A stretch of 36,245 bases of DNA from a virus (Duplodnaviria; Caudoviricetes). Positions within the stretch are counted from its first letter, which is position 1; each line of letters opens with the position of its first letter. The notes under the pieces were generated by a model. That model was not told the origin of the DNA, ran no database searches, and saw nothing but the letters and a program-made list of their open reading frames with translations. Positions 1 to 9,913 of this stretch are shown piece after piece. Both the position numbers and the translations under genes were made by a program. The DNA lies in IMG/VR virus record IMGVR_UViG_3300022890_000451, positions 1 through 36,245 of that record; one strand, written 5' to 3'.

Positions 1-421
1 TAAATCCTGAGGCTCCTGATATTAATATGTTCTCGAAATCGTCATAACCTTCTTTAGCTGAATTGGTTATAGTGTCCCATAGACTTTCTTCTTTAGGAGC
101 TTCTACTGGTACTTGGGGTACTAGTTGTTGTTGTACATCTTCTCCTGGAGTGTTTACTAGTAGGTCATCTGGTACGTCTGCTATCATTTGATCTACTGTT
201 TTGAGGGCAGGGATTGCTGCTAGGCCTATGGCTCCTGCTAGTTCTGGATCCATTCCCATTGCTATAGCTTCTGATCTCTCTTTATACAGCTGTAGTTCTT
301 GCTCTTCTGGGGATACTGGTGTTGCCGAAGGTGTAACTGGTAATGGGCTGAGAGGCATTGTATCATCGGCATCTAAATCTACTCCATACTGCTTCGCCAT
401 TTGTTTTAAGTATTCGTCCAT
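1..421 (-). CDS. Internal virion (ejection) protein, N-terminal part, truncated by window edge
   Basis: Not in the ORF track. ATG at 421 overlaps the upstream stop (TAATG). The frame MDEYLKQMAKQYGVDLDADD... is open to position 1. Position at the end of a podovirus structural operon suggests the function. Confidence 0.65.
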   Translation of the reverse strand, partial: MDEYLKQMAKQYGVDLDADDTMPLSPLPVTPSATPVSPEEQELQLYKERSEAIAMGMDPELAGAIGLAAIPALKTVDQMIADVPDDLLVNTPGEDVQQQLVPQVPVEAPKEESLWDTITNSAKEGYDDFENILISGASGF

Positions 422-1617
422 TAATTACCCTTTGGTTTCATCGCTACATCTGAAGAACTTAAAAGCCTCATATTTAGTATTTTAAGTAACTTAGCATTTT
501 TAGGATCTGCAAATATTTCTATCTCTTTTTTATTATTAGTAGCTCTACGTTGTAACTGTGCAAGCATTATTCTATACGCTTTCATTTGTATAGGTGTCAT
601 ACCTTCTCTAATAGCTACTTGTCCATTACCTGATTTATCAGCTTTATACATTATTCTATCATATTTATTCCATAAAGTTGTATTATTAAGCATGCCAAGT
701 CCTCTTTTAAGCATATCAGCATGATCCCATCCACTAGGTAGAGCTGATTTAATCCATTGAAGTTCTCTGAAACCATACTGGACACCTGACTGTGTTTTAA
801 CAACTTTCATTATCATCTTTTTAAGATCTCTCATTTGTCCTAGTTGTTCTTTAGAGTATAGGTTAGCTATTCGTCCTAATCTGGCTGATACTGGAGAGCC
901 TGACATTACTTTAGATAACAATGTTGGATGTATTCCTGAATTTATTTGGTCTATCATAAAAGATATATTAGTAGTAGCCTCTCTACTACTAGTTAATGCT
1001 TTCTGTTCCCCTACTGTCCATTTCTCTCTTTTTAGTCTAGCTGCTTCCTCTCTTGTAATTCTGCCTCTTTCTGTGAACAGCTTATTTACCTCTTTGGCAT
1101 GCTGTATTTTAGCTGCTGCTTTTTCTTCTGGAGTCTGGAATGAAGCTAATTGATTTTGTTTTAATTGCATATTTATCATATCTAGTAAAGGGTTCTCTGC
1201 TGTTGGTGTTGATCCTGCTCTACTTACTAATACCTTTTCTGCTAGATCTGGTCTTGCTTGTGACAATGCTTGTAAGAACTCATCTGATTGTAGATCTACT
1301 GGTTCATTGACCGCAGGAGTAGGTAATTGTTCATCACCCTGTCCTATCATATTGGTTACTCCTCCGGCACCAATAGCACCTTGAACCATGTCTGGAATAT
1401 CTTGAGTATGTGGATTAGATTGTAAGACATCTATTAAACTCTTTTCCATTCTATTTTGCTGCATCATAGCGCCACCTAAACGGAAAGGTTCACCTAAATC
1501 TCCTTTAAAGTCTGGACCAAAGAGTACAGGACCCGCTATAGATCCTATAGATCCTAACATAGTTAACAGATTCTCACCTGTTTTACTTCTACCTTTTGAT
1601 TCTTTATCATCTGCCAT
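421..1617 (-). CDS. Putative internal virion/ejection protein
   Basis: 398 aa, helical, Q/M/A-rich, AAGGA RBS; follows the tail and GNAT genes where podoviruses place ejection proteins. Confidence 0.55.
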   Translation of the reverse strand: MADDKESKGRSKTGENLLTMLGSIGSIAGPVLFGPDFKGDLGEPFRLGGAMMQQNRMEKSLIDVLQSNPHTQDIPDMVQGAIGAGGVTNMIGQGDEQLPTPAVNEPVDLQSDEFLQALSQARPDLAEKVLVSRAGSTPTAENPLLDMINMQLKQNQLASFQTPEEKAAAKIQHAKEVNKLFTERGRITREEAARLKREKWTVGEQKALTSSREATTNISFMIDQINSGIHPTLLSKVMSGSPVSARLGRIANLYSKEQLGQMRDLKKMIMKVVKTQSGVQYGFRELQWIKSALPSGWDHADMLKRGLGMLNNTTLWNKYDRIMYKADKSGNGQVAIREGMTPIQMKAYRIMLAQLQRRATNNKKEIEIFADPKNAKLLKILNMRLLSSSDVAMKPKGN

Positions 1618-1634
1618 ATTATTTATCCTTTAGT

Positions 1635-2246
1635 TTAGAATATTCCACCGCTAGAAGTTCTGGCTCCTGTATTACTTGTAGTAGTTCCTGAAGTTCTTTT
1701 CTTTTCTCCTCTGGATGTCTGAGCCATCTGTTGTAATGTCTGTAATAGTCCCATACCAGGAGTTAATTCATTAACTAATTGTGCTCTAGCTGTTAATGCT
1801 TCTTGATTACGTGCTTGTATCATAGCTTGTCTTTGAAGATCTGTAGCTCTCTGTTGTTCTAGCTGTGCTGGGTATAAAGAGTTCATAGCTCCTGCTGATC
1901 CTATTTTAGACTGTCTATTTAGGGCAGTAAGTAGTGCAGAGTTGTTTCCAGTACCTTCTACGTTTAAAGCGTTTGAAGTAGCTTTATTGGCTGCTGTTTC
2001 TCTTGATTTGATGTCTTGAACACCCTTAGAGAAAGTATTAGCCACTATTGGGTCAAATCCTTCGGAAAATATAGGGGCTTTCTCTAAATTTAATGGTTGA
2101 CTTACCCTATTACCGAATAGTGACATTAGATTTCCATACCCTTGATCGAACTGGCCTTGGTATCCTTCTATGCCAGTAGGGGTAGTGGTAGTAGTCATAT
2201 CTGTAGTATCTGTACTTCGTTGTTTTGATTCTTTGGTTGAGGACAT
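1635..2246 (-). CDS. Putative DNA-transfer/pilot (ejection) protein
   Basis: 203 aa, S/T-rich termini, Q/N/G-rich helical core, AGGAG RBS; synteny. Confidence 0.55.
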   Translation of the reverse strand: MSSTKESKQRSTDTTDMTTTTTPTGIEGYQGQFDQGYGNLMSLFGNRVSQPLNLEKAPIFSEGFDPIVANTFSKGVQDIKSRETAANKATSNALNVEGTGNNSALLTALNRQSKIGSAGAMNSLYPAQLEQQRATDLQRQAMIQARNQEALTARAQLVNELTPGMGLLQTLQQMAQTSRGEKKRTSGTTTSNTGARTSSGGIF

Positions 2247-2259
2247 ATTTTACTCCTAA

Positions 2260-2547
2260 TTAGATTTGTTTTTTATATAGTGGTTGGGATCCAAATCCCA
2301 TGTGTTCTGCGTTTAAAGCATCCAGTAGTGTATTAGTGGGTATTTGAGCAGGAGTGGTAGGTGCTACATAACTTCCTATTCCTCCTAAACCACCATTTAC
2401 TAATGCTGAGTATAAGTTTCCTCCTCCTTGGAGGTTCTCTAAGGCACTCATTCCACCACCTGCTACTGCACCTGCTACTGGTCCTCCGGCTGCTGTAGCT
2501 CCTGCTGTTACTCCTAGCTTTGCTGCTTTTTTGAAGACTCCACCCAT
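2260..2547 (-). CDS. Small Gly/Ala-rich virion protein (ejection/pilot-like)
   Basis: GVTAGATAAGGPVAGAVAGGG glycine-zipper-like segment; AGGAG RBS. Confidence 0.5.
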   Translation of the reverse strand: MGGVFKKAAKLGVTAGATAAGGPVAGAVAGGGMSALENLQGGGNLYSALVNGGLGGIGSYVAPTTPAQIPTNTLLDALNAEHMGFGSQPLYKKQI

Positions 2548-3104
2548 GATTCATACTCCTGTAAGGCCTTAGCCCTTGTTTTATTAAAATAGTATGCTGT
2601 CATAGAGTATCTTAATTCATTTACGTATCTTCCTTCTATGAAACATTCTTGTATTAGTTTACCTTCTCTGTAAAAGCCATTAGCTGCTATTGAGTTCTTT
2701 AAGGATGTATTGTTTTCTAGTATTTCTATTATTATTTTATTATATCCTTGTCTGTTGAATAAGTAATCAAAAAATATTAAAAATACTTCTGTAGGTAATC
2801 TTTTAGATTGGTGTTCTTTATCTATGATTAAGCCTATGTAACCAGCTTTATTCTTTTTATCTGAAGGTATTACTTGTACCATTCCTATTGGTTTTTCACT
2901 ATCTAATAAATGTATCATAAATACTTCTCCACCCATTACTCTACTGTATTGTTTGAAGTCTTCTTCTGATAACATTCTAGTAGATTGTCTATACATTTCT
3001 GAATATTCTTTGTCGTAGAACCATGCAGCTACATTACTCCAATATTTGGAACTAAAGGGTAATAGTTGAATGTTCTCTCCTTGTAACATTGTCTTGGTTT
3101 CCAT
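2514..3104 (-). CDS. GNAT N-acetyltransferase, RimJ/RimL-like
   Basis: MLQGENIQLLP start, IGLIIDKEHQSKRL (acetyl-CoA loop-like), N-x-S-x-N...GFYREG, FIEGRYVNE..Y end. Confidence 0.85.
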   Translation of the reverse strand: METKTMLQGENIQLLPFSSKYWSNVAAWFYDKEYSEMYRQSTRMLSEEDFKQYSRVMGGEVFMIHLLDSEKPIGMVQVIPSDKKNKAGYIGLIIDKEHQSKRLPTEVFLIFFDYLFNRQGYNKIIIEILENNTSLKNSIAANGFYREGKLIQECFIEGRYVNELRYSMTAYYFNKTRAKALQEYESWVESSKKQQS

Positions 3105-3120
3105 AGTCTTTTCTCCTTAG

Positions 3121-3306
3121 TTATGACGAGTATCCATCGTCAGCCCATCCTCTTCCCTTCAATATGAAAGATGTTTGGCTTATTATCTTTTTCATTTCAC
3201 CTTTGCATTTAGGACATACCATAGTTCTTGGTGGTTCATCAACTATTCTCATTACTATTTCTTTAATGTGTTTACACTTCTTACATTCATACTCATAAAT
3301 AGGCAT
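3121..3306 (-). CDS. FmdB-family zinc-ribbon protein
   Basis: MPIYEYECKKC...CPKCKG...IISQTSFILKGRGW. Start moved to ATG 3306 behind GGAGG. Confidence 0.85.
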   Translation of the reverse strand: MPIYEYECKKCKHIKEIVMRIVDEPPRTMVCPKCKGEMKKIISQTSFILKGRGWADDGYSS

Positions 3307-3370
3307 TAAACACCTCCGTAAATAGGTCTGTAACGCTTGAGGATGGCTGAGGTTCAACGATCTCTAATGT
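3307..3370 (-). promoter_or_regulatory. Copy 1 of dispersed ~50-bp intergenic motif (candidate phage promoter/operator)
   Basis: AGAGATCGTTGAACCT (rc of 3350-3365) is identical to 28832-28847; both are followed by GTTA..TATT..GGAGGTGTTT at near-identical spacing. Confidence 0.5.
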
Positions 3371-3390
3371 ACCTAGGTATTGGTATGGGT

Positions 3391-4386
3391 TTAGCATGAT
3401 TTAATCTCCATGATGCCTGATCTAATTTCTATATTGCAGTCTGCTACTGCTGTAGCCCATGTTAAGAGTAGTTTAAGGTCTGTTTCTGTAGTGGTATTTA
3501 TTGTAATGGGTGAACCGTTAGTTGCTCCTGTACCAGCTACTCCTAGGGATCTATTGGCTGGGGCTGTGTTGGAGTTCCATGCTGTCATCCCTTGTGATTC
3601 TATGGTTCCTGTTACTCCTATGGATAGTACAGTTAGTATGAAGTCTATTTTGATCGAAGAATCAACCAATGATGCTGTGGGGGTAATTACTCCTGTTGTT
3701 AGTAATGTAACAGTTCCATACTTGAGTGTTATACTAATATCACTAGTGGCTGCTGCTGGAGTATCCATTAGGCCATATATGGTACCTTTAATGGTGGTTC
3801 CTACTTTTAAGAAATCTGCTGGTACTATAATTGTTAAGTCTTCTACTTCTGTTTCAGTATCACTATTGCTTACTGTGGTAGCTGTAGTTAATACTTTAGA
3901 CATTAAAGGAGCGTGTAGATCTTCTAGGGATCTTACTTTAGCTTTATAGGCTTTGCCTGTGGATGTAGTCTCTGCTAAGAAATTAGCTCCTGTATTGGAG
4001 TTTACTGATTTTACTGTGTCTCCTGTACCTGCATTTACGTAATGGACTACTGGTATTGTACTGCTGGCATTGGTTAGTGATCTATACGCTAGGGCTGCAT
4101 TTACTTGGGCTGCACTAGAAGTAATGTAGTCTCCGTATTTAGTTATTGCCATTATTGCACTTACAGTTAATGATCTATTGTTGTTAGCTGCATCTGATAC
4201 TATCCATGTATGTCTGTTAGTCCAAGGGAATACTGCGCTAGCATTTAAGTTACTGGTAGCATCTAAGTTGTTTCCATTTAGGAATGTAGTTAAATCATTG
4301 TATCTTACTATTAGATCAGATCCTTCTGCATCTGCTGTTAGATTAGCAAATTGATTATCTGTATTGCTCCAACTTAGTTCTGACAT
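3391..4386 (-). CDS. Tail fibre/virion structural protein
   Basis: 331 aa T/S/A/N-rich beta-type composition; lies in the tail module. Confidence 0.55.
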   Translation of the reverse strand: MSELSWSNTDNQFANLTADAEGSDLIVRYNDLTTFLNGNNLDATSNLNASAVFPWTNRHTWIVSDAANNNRSLTVSAIMAITKYGDYITSSAAQVNAALAYRSLTNASSTIPVVHYVNAGTGDTVKSVNSNTGANFLAETTSTGKAYKAKVRSLEDLHAPLMSKVLTTATTVSNSDTETEVEDLTIIVPADFLKVGTTIKGTIYGLMDTPAAATSDISITLKYGTVTLLTTGVITPTASLVDSSIKIDFILTVLSIGVTGTIESQGMTAWNSNTAPANRSLGVAGTGATNGSPITINTTTETDLKLLLTWATAVADCNIEIRSGIMEIKSC

Positions 4387-4396
4387 TTAATTCTCC

Positions 4397-5905
4397 TTAA
4401 TCGTAGTCTGTAAAGTCTACGGTTGAATATTCAAAGTTACCTGTATGATCTCTAATGAATAATGGGGTACTGTTATCATCTGTGTCTATTAAGACGGTAG
4501 CGTTTAAACTATTGCCACCTTCATTTTCAGAGAATAGAGGTATCCATCCTGTAATGTATGTATCAAGTAATGTGTCGTATCTTATTATGACAGTTCCTGT
4601 ATTGCCGTAGTTAGTTGATGTTACAATACTGGATATGTATAAGTAATCATCTGATGTTACTATGTTATTCCAAAAGGTGGCTAATGCTCCTCCTATTGGA
4701 ACTATTGATACTGTTTCTAAAAGTAGATCAAATACTGCTATGGCTGAATCGTATTGGGGAGTTCCTCCATTGTTTGCTAGTGTTTGATTTGATACTACTG
4801 GTATGTATAGGTTATTTCCTACTTGTACCATTGTTTTAGCTAGGTATGCGTAGGTAGTAGTGAATGTATTTGCTAATGTAAATGTGTTTATTTGTACTTT
4901 AGCTATGCTTGCTGATACGTTTCCTAGATTGGTGTATAGGCAGTAAAGAGAGCCTCCTATTTTTAATATTTCACCTGGGTAGCAATAGGAATCTGTGGCA
5001 TCTAGGGATAATGTTGTTAATGCTTCAGTTGTTTTATTTACTCTGCTTATGTATGTCTTTTTAGTGGCTGAGTTTGTGTGTGTGAAATATATATTAGTAT
5101 CATCTACTAGTAGTGAGGATATGTTTTTAACTGTTAGTACTATAGTGTATAAATGGTCTAATGTGAATGTAGTTAGGTCTACTTTAGTTACGAATATTCT
5201 ATTGGCTGCTCCATATTGGTAGGTAATAGCGTATAGGAAGCCGTCGGCTGCTATGGTTAATGCACTAAGTCCTGCATCTATGTTGGCACCTAGGTTTAGG
5301 TAGTCTGTGGTTCCTGTGGTTCTATTTACTCTGTATATCATTCTTTGGTTAGTTGCTAGAAATCCTCCTGTGGCTGTTATGTAGAAGTAGTCTCCGTCTG
5401 TTACTACTGAATTGAACTGGTCTGCTTTATAGTTATTTAGTCCCCATAGGGCTTGGTTAGTGAAGTTCTTTACTACTGTTGGTTTGAATGTTACTTGTAT
5501 GTCTTCTATTTGTTCTATTACTATTTCTTGTGTTATGTTTTCTACTGTTGTATTTGTATTGGCGTAGCCGTCTCCACCTTCTGCTTTTAATGATTCACTT
5601 GTTATTGGAGGTCCAAATATTATTAGTATTTTGTAGTTTACTGAAGGTTTAGTAGATCTTATATCCATGTACTTATTGTCTATTCCTTGAACATATACAT
5701 CTCCTACTAGTGGTAACCAGCCTACTGGTCTACGTGCTGATGAATGGTTTACTAAATTCTTAGTATCTGATCCTTTAGTGGTTCCTTCTAGTACACGTAG
5801 GGACATATTATCTAAAGATACATTACCGCCTAATACGTTTCTAATAGATTCAAAGTTTTCTTGAACTATTTTATCTATTTTTGTATCTTCTATAATGGGT
5901 TTCAT
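4397..5905 (-). CDS. Tail-associated protein with probable beta-propeller (receptor-binding candidate)
   Basis: Recurrent blade-like units (DGDYFYIT, DGFLYAI, DDTNIYFT, GGSLYCL, GNNLYIP, DDYLYIS). Confidence 0.6.
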   Translation of the reverse strand: MKPIIEDTKIDKIVQENFESIRNVLGGNVSLDNMSLRVLEGTTKGSDTKNLVNHSSARRPVGWLPLVGDVYVQGIDNKYMDIRSTKPSVNYKILIIFGPPITSESLKAEGGDGYANTNTTVENITQEIVIEQIEDIQVTFKPTVVKNFTNQALWGLNNYKADQFNSVVTDGDYFYITATGGFLATNQRMIYRVNRTTGTTDYLNLGANIDAGLSALTIAADGFLYAITYQYGAANRIFVTKVDLTTFTLDHLYTIVLTVKNISSLLVDDTNIYFTHTNSATKKTYISRVNKTTEALTTLSLDATDSYCYPGEILKIGGSLYCLYTNLGNVSASIAKVQINTFTLANTFTTTYAYLAKTMVQVGNNLYIPVVSNQTLANNGGTPQYDSAIAVFDLLLETVSIVPIGGALATFWNNIVTSDDYLYISSIVTSTNYGNTGTVIIRYDTLLDTYITGWIPLFSENEGGNSLNATVLIDTDDNSTPLFIRDHTGNFEYSTVDFTDYD

Positions 5906-7806
5906 TCTGTTATTATCCTATATAGTAATCTCATGGCTTTGATTGCAAATTGTGCATCTAAATCATCATTGTAGAATCCAAATCTTCCTACGTATGCTTT
6001 TCTATTTGGAAAGAAGCTTATTGCTGAATATATTAGGCCAGCCCATTTGAATGTGGCCCATTTAGCTGTGGCCCATTTGGTACTGGTGGTTATTGTAGCT
6101 GTTTCTGTTTTTACTACTGATTCACTACCATTCTCTTCCCAAGTGTTGTTTAATATGTTATCAGGGGATGCTGAATTAGTGGTAGCTAGGTATTTTATTG
6201 AATGGAATGATTTTAACATCATGGCATCTCTACCTGGTTCCCATTGGCATTTTACTCTAAAGTATATTGGATCTCCATCATCATTAGTGCCGTAGTTGTA
6301 TCTACATACTTTACCGTTGGAGTTACTACTACCAAAGTAATGTTCTGTTTGGTTGTTTATAGTGGTTTCCCATATTGATGCTATTGGGAGTCCTGGGTGT
6401 GAACTGTTTATAGGACCTGGGCTAAACATTGTCCATGCTATTACAGGATAGTTTTGGTAGTGGGCTATTAGTTGATAGTCTGGTTCTGTTTTACCTTCTC
6501 TGGTTGCAGATATTATTATTTGTAGATTCGATGATATTACTACACTACTTGCTTTGTATGCTTGGTCTTTGTTTAAGCTACGAATAGTATCTCTTATTCT
6601 ACTGGCTATTGGGACTACGTCTACTCCGTTAGTCATGTATATGTTGTCTTTACCTAGCCATCCCATTTTACCTGCTACTTCAAATATTGAATGATGATTG
6701 GTTCCTGTACAATCATCTGATAGTCTTCTGTATAGGTACTTGGTGGAGCCTCCTGTTTCTAGTCCTCCTATTGTTAGGTCTAGTGGGATTAGTTTTCCTA
6801 CTTTCTTTTCTTTAACTACTCCTACTTTAGTATCTATTAGGCCTAATCCTATTATTTTATCTTTATCGTTTAGGTCACAGTCTATGAAGTCTGTTGCTTG
6901 GAATGATTCGAACATGGAGCCATTGATGCCTATTTTAGAGTGATGTATTCTATTAGGATTGGAAGCGAAGCCTCCTACGAATAGTCTGCTGTCTAAGAGT
7001 ATGGCAAATTTGGCTGGTTCTGGGAGTCTTTCGTTGTCTATTTCTAATTCATCTCCTAAGACTGCATCTGATATGGTTGATTCATATGTGGTGGCATCTA
7101 TGTCTGCTGTGCCATCTAGGAAGAATATGGAGCCTCCTGATACTGTTCTATATACCTTTATTTGGTCTGATAGGGAGTTACCTGGAGTTATTTGTATTGT
7201 GATACCTCCGTTGGCTCCTGCATCTAGTGTTGCTGATGGTAATGATGGGGATGATTCTGCTCCTGATAATGTATTATAGTAGGTGTATACATATAAGTAA
7301 TGACCATCTATGTTTAAGTCTCCTGATATGTTGCTGTGTATTGTTGGTATTACCGTAGGAGCATCTATTCCTATTTGTTTAGTAGTGGTTCCGTCATACT
7401 GGAAATCTTCTTCTCCTGTAAATACAAATAGTGCTGTACGTACTTGTAGCATGCAAGGTTTAATGCCGTCTGGTAGTCCTGTTTTAATGCTGTCTAAAGT
7501 AGTTCCATTCTTACGAGCTAGTATTCCACTATTACCTGTGGCGGTAGTTGATACTAGGTATACTATTGTTTCTATTGTACCATCTGGTTTAATGTAGTCT
7601 ATACCTTCTCTTGGAATGTAGTTTCCTTTAGCTCCTGTTACTGTGGTATATCCATTACGAGTTTTAATGATGTCTGCATTAATCATTTCACCATTTAGAC
7701 ATTCAGATAGAGTGTTGGCTATGTTCTCTGATTCTAAAGGTGTAGTGTTATCTACACCATTTATGAATGTTCTAGTTGGTAGGTATTGTTTGGATTTAGT
7801 TGCCAT
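5902..7806 (-). CDS. Tail nozzle/stabilisation protein (tubular protein B, P22 gp10-like)
   Basis: 634 aa; N-terminal F.NG.D...C.N.....D.IKTRNGY pattern, beta-rich; follows the adaptor gene. Confidence 0.7.
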   Translation of the reverse strand: MATKSKQYLPTRTFINGVDNTTPLESENIANTLSECLNGEMINADIIKTRNGYTTVTGAKGNYIPREGIDYIKPDGTIETIVYLVSTTATGNSGILARKNGTTLDSIKTGLPDGIKPCMLQVRTALFVFTGEEDFQYDGTTTKQIGIDAPTVIPTIHSNISGDLNIDGHYLYVYTYYNTLSGAESSPSLPSATLDAGANGGITIQITPGNSLSDQIKVYRTVSGGSIFFLDGTADIDATTYESTISDAVLGDELEIDNERLPEPAKFAILLDSRLFVGGFASNPNRIHHSKIGINGSMFESFQATDFIDCDLNDKDKIIGLGLIDTKVGVVKEKKVGKLIPLDLTIGGLETGGSTKYLYRRLSDDCTGTNHHSIFEVAGKMGWLGKDNIYMTNGVDVVPIASRIRDTIRSLNKDQAYKASSVVISSNLQIIISATREGKTEPDYQLIAHYQNYPVIAWTMFSPGPINSSHPGLPIASIWETTINNQTEHYFGSSNSNGKVCRYNYGTNDDGDPIYFRVKCQWEPGRDAMMLKSFHSIKYLATTNSASPDNILNNTWEENGSESVVKTETATITTSTKWATAKWATFKWAGLIYSAISFFPNRKAYVGRFGFYNDDLDAQFAIKAMRLLYRIITE

Positions 7807-8522
7807 TAGTCCTCATATCCATCACAGTTAAAGTTTAATGGATCTATTTGGTCATAAGCTACTCCTAGTTCTTCTTCAAAGAACCTAAATCTAGCTGATG
7901 ATTCTAAATGTTTCATGTCAGCATTGATAGCTAGGGGCCTCCACATTTTAGTTATTTCTACTAGTAGGCCTTGTCTGCGGTCATCGTTGTCTATAATCAT
8001 CATTTCTGATAGTACTAGTTTTTCTAGTAGGTAATGTGCATAGTCAGGTACTCCACATACTGCTTCTAAGTCATCGTCATCGCTAGTGGGTAGAGTGGCT
8101 TTAGCTAGGTATAAATACTTCATTACATATACTGCATCTGGAATGTTATCAATGTGTATTGACTTATTATCCCAAGGGGCATATCTTTCTGGTTTACCTG
8201 AAGCTAGTCCTTCTGGGTATTGTCTTCTTAGTGTTCTTAATGTTGTTTTACTTAGTACTGTCTTGTTCGTAGAATCATACAATACTTCTAAATCTTGAGA
8301 AGATCTTACATCTACACTAGATGTACTTACATCGTATGTTTCTGTTCCTGATACTGTACTAAATGTACCTTCCTTATGTTTCCAATTCCAATCATGCATA
8401 TCAAACATTACAAATAACATTTGATCTAATCTACCTGATATCTGTGTTTTAAATGCTGTATCATCAGGTCTTTCTAATGCAGTAGCTACGTTGGTAATAA
8501 ATTGTCCTCTAGTTAATGCCAT
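7806..8522 (-). CDS. Head-tail adaptor (tail tubular protein A-like)
   Basis: HDWNWK...T..GTETY, G.P..Y, P.D.VY...Y.Y, VPDYAH..L pattern typical of podovirus adaptors. Confidence 0.7.
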   Translation of the reverse strand: MALTRGQFITNVATALERPDDTAFKTQISGRLDQMLFVMFDMHDWNWKHKEGTFSTVSGTETYDVSTSSVDVRSSQDLEVLYDSTNKTVLSKTTLRTLRRQYPEGLASGKPERYAPWDNKSIHIDNIPDAVYVMKYLYLAKATLPTSDDDDLEAVCGVPDYAHYLLEKLVLSEMMIIDNDDRRQGLLVEITKMWRPLAINADMKHLESSARFRFFEEELGVAYDQIDPLNFNCDGYED

Positions 8523-8524
8523 AA

Positions 8525-9121
8525 TTAGTCCCTTTGGTTTTTAAATAGCATTATAGGCAATAGGAAAAATGCTCCTAGTGCTGATCCATAGTGTGCTAAG
8601 TATCCTATTCCTGAGTTCATAAAAAGACTTTTTCCTGCTGATAGTCCTTGAGACATGAAATAGAATAATGCTGGTAGTACTATTATTAGTCTTCCATTGA
8701 TTAGGTGGTGGAATATCCATATCATCATTAGTCCACAAATACTTCCTGAAGCTCCTAATGCTGTAGCTTGTGGTAAGAACATTGCAAATAATACACTTCC
8801 CATTATTCCTGTAAAGCAATAAGCCAATAGTATAAATCTTTCTCCATAGGCTTTCTCTATTACAGGTGTAATGAATGATAAGAATAACATATTACCCATT
8901 AAATGTCTTAATGATCCATGTAAGAAACAAGCTGTTAAGTATGAATACCATATATTACTACGGAATACATACATACTTGTTATATCTGGATTTATACATT
9001 GCATTATATATACTATTATATTAACTACTATCAGTATTTGAGTCATTATTAGTGCTTTACTAGATATTTTACTAGTTAATCTTCTTAGTAATTCCATTAA
9101 CATGTAGTGTAATTTTATCAT
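8525..9121 (-). CDS. Rhomboid-family intramembrane serine protease
   Basis: FLHGSLRHLMGNM, E..YG, catalytic GASG, AHYGSALG; about six hydrophobic segments. Confidence 0.92.
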   Translation of the reverse strand: MIKLHYMLMELLRRLTSKISSKALIMTQILIVVNIIVYIMQCINPDITSMYVFRSNIWYSYLTACFLHGSLRHLMGNMLFLSFITPVIEKAYGERFILLAYCFTGIMGSVLFAMFLPQATALGASGSICGLMMIWIFHHLINGRLIIVLPALFYFMSQGLSAGKSLFMNSGIGYLAHYGSALGAFFLLPIMLFKNQRD

Positions 9122-9418
9122 TTACATTATACTCAATACCAGGATACCAATTACATATCCTGAATAGTTAGTTATAAGATCTGTTAATAGGTCTATTTTA
9201 GCTTCTCTGTCTTCATTAAATATATTATAGTGTTTATCAATTATAAATTCTTTATATAAAGGATATATAGCTACCCAGTAAGGGCTAGTGAATAAATTAA
9301 ATACAAATACCATAGAACAAGTTAAGAATATATGTAATGCTGCTTGAGTACATACATACTTATTATTTAAGTTTAGCCAAGTAATCTTACTTAATTTATT
9401 TATTATCTTGTCTATCAT
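9122..9418 (-). CDS. Small membrane protein (holin-like candidate)
   Basis: 98 aa with 2-3 hydrophobic segments; abuts the rhomboid start with no gap. Confidence 0.45.
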   Translation of the reverse strand: MIDKIINKLSKITWLNLNNKYVCTQAALHIFLTCSMVFVFNLFTSPYWVAIYPLYKEFIIDKHYNIFNEDREAKIDLLTDLITNYSGYVIGILVLSIM

Positions 9419-9913
9419 TTAAAATGCCTTATAGTCTATAACTACTCTTACTCTTCTATCATCAGTATCAGAAAAATTCCCTGAATTAAGTAGTGCCTGA
9501 GCAGCGGTAGCTATTCTAAGTAGCATTGCTACACCACTTGCTTCTGCAATTAATCCTAGCCATGTTCCACCATTTCTATAGTAGCCATTCATATTCATGC
9601 TAGCGACCGAATAATCTGTAGATATTTTACTGCTTGCTGGTATAGCAAAGTATAGAATATCAGCACCACTACCCGCCGTTCCTCCAGCATTATTAGTTAA
9701 ATTTATAGCTAGAGACATCTTTCCATCTCGTTGTAATGTATAATAACAAGCCTGTGTGGCAAAAGTAGGTAAGGTAGATGCCCCAGTTTGGAATATGTAA
9801 CCCCCTGAATCTGCACCATTCTGCCCTGTTGGGAAGGTAAATACTGTTTGTTCATGGTATCTGTTAATACCGTCTGCGTTATTTAATGTTTGAATTGTCC
9901 AATAATCAGCCAT
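9419..9913 (-). CDS. Virion/tail-fibre-like protein, probable C-terminal half of a split gene
   Basis: G/T/N/A-rich beta composition, ends with a fibre-tip-like ...VVIDYKAF; GAGGA RBS; same frame as 10190-10687. Confidence 0.55.
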   Translation of the reverse strand: MADYWTIQTLNNADGINRYHEQTVFTFPTGQNGADSGGYIFQTGASTLPTFATQACYYTLQRDGKMSLAINLTNNAGGTAGSGADILYFAIPASSKISTDYSVASMNMNGYYRNGGTWLGLIAEASGVAMLLRIATAAQALLNSGNFSDTDDRRVRVVIDYKAF

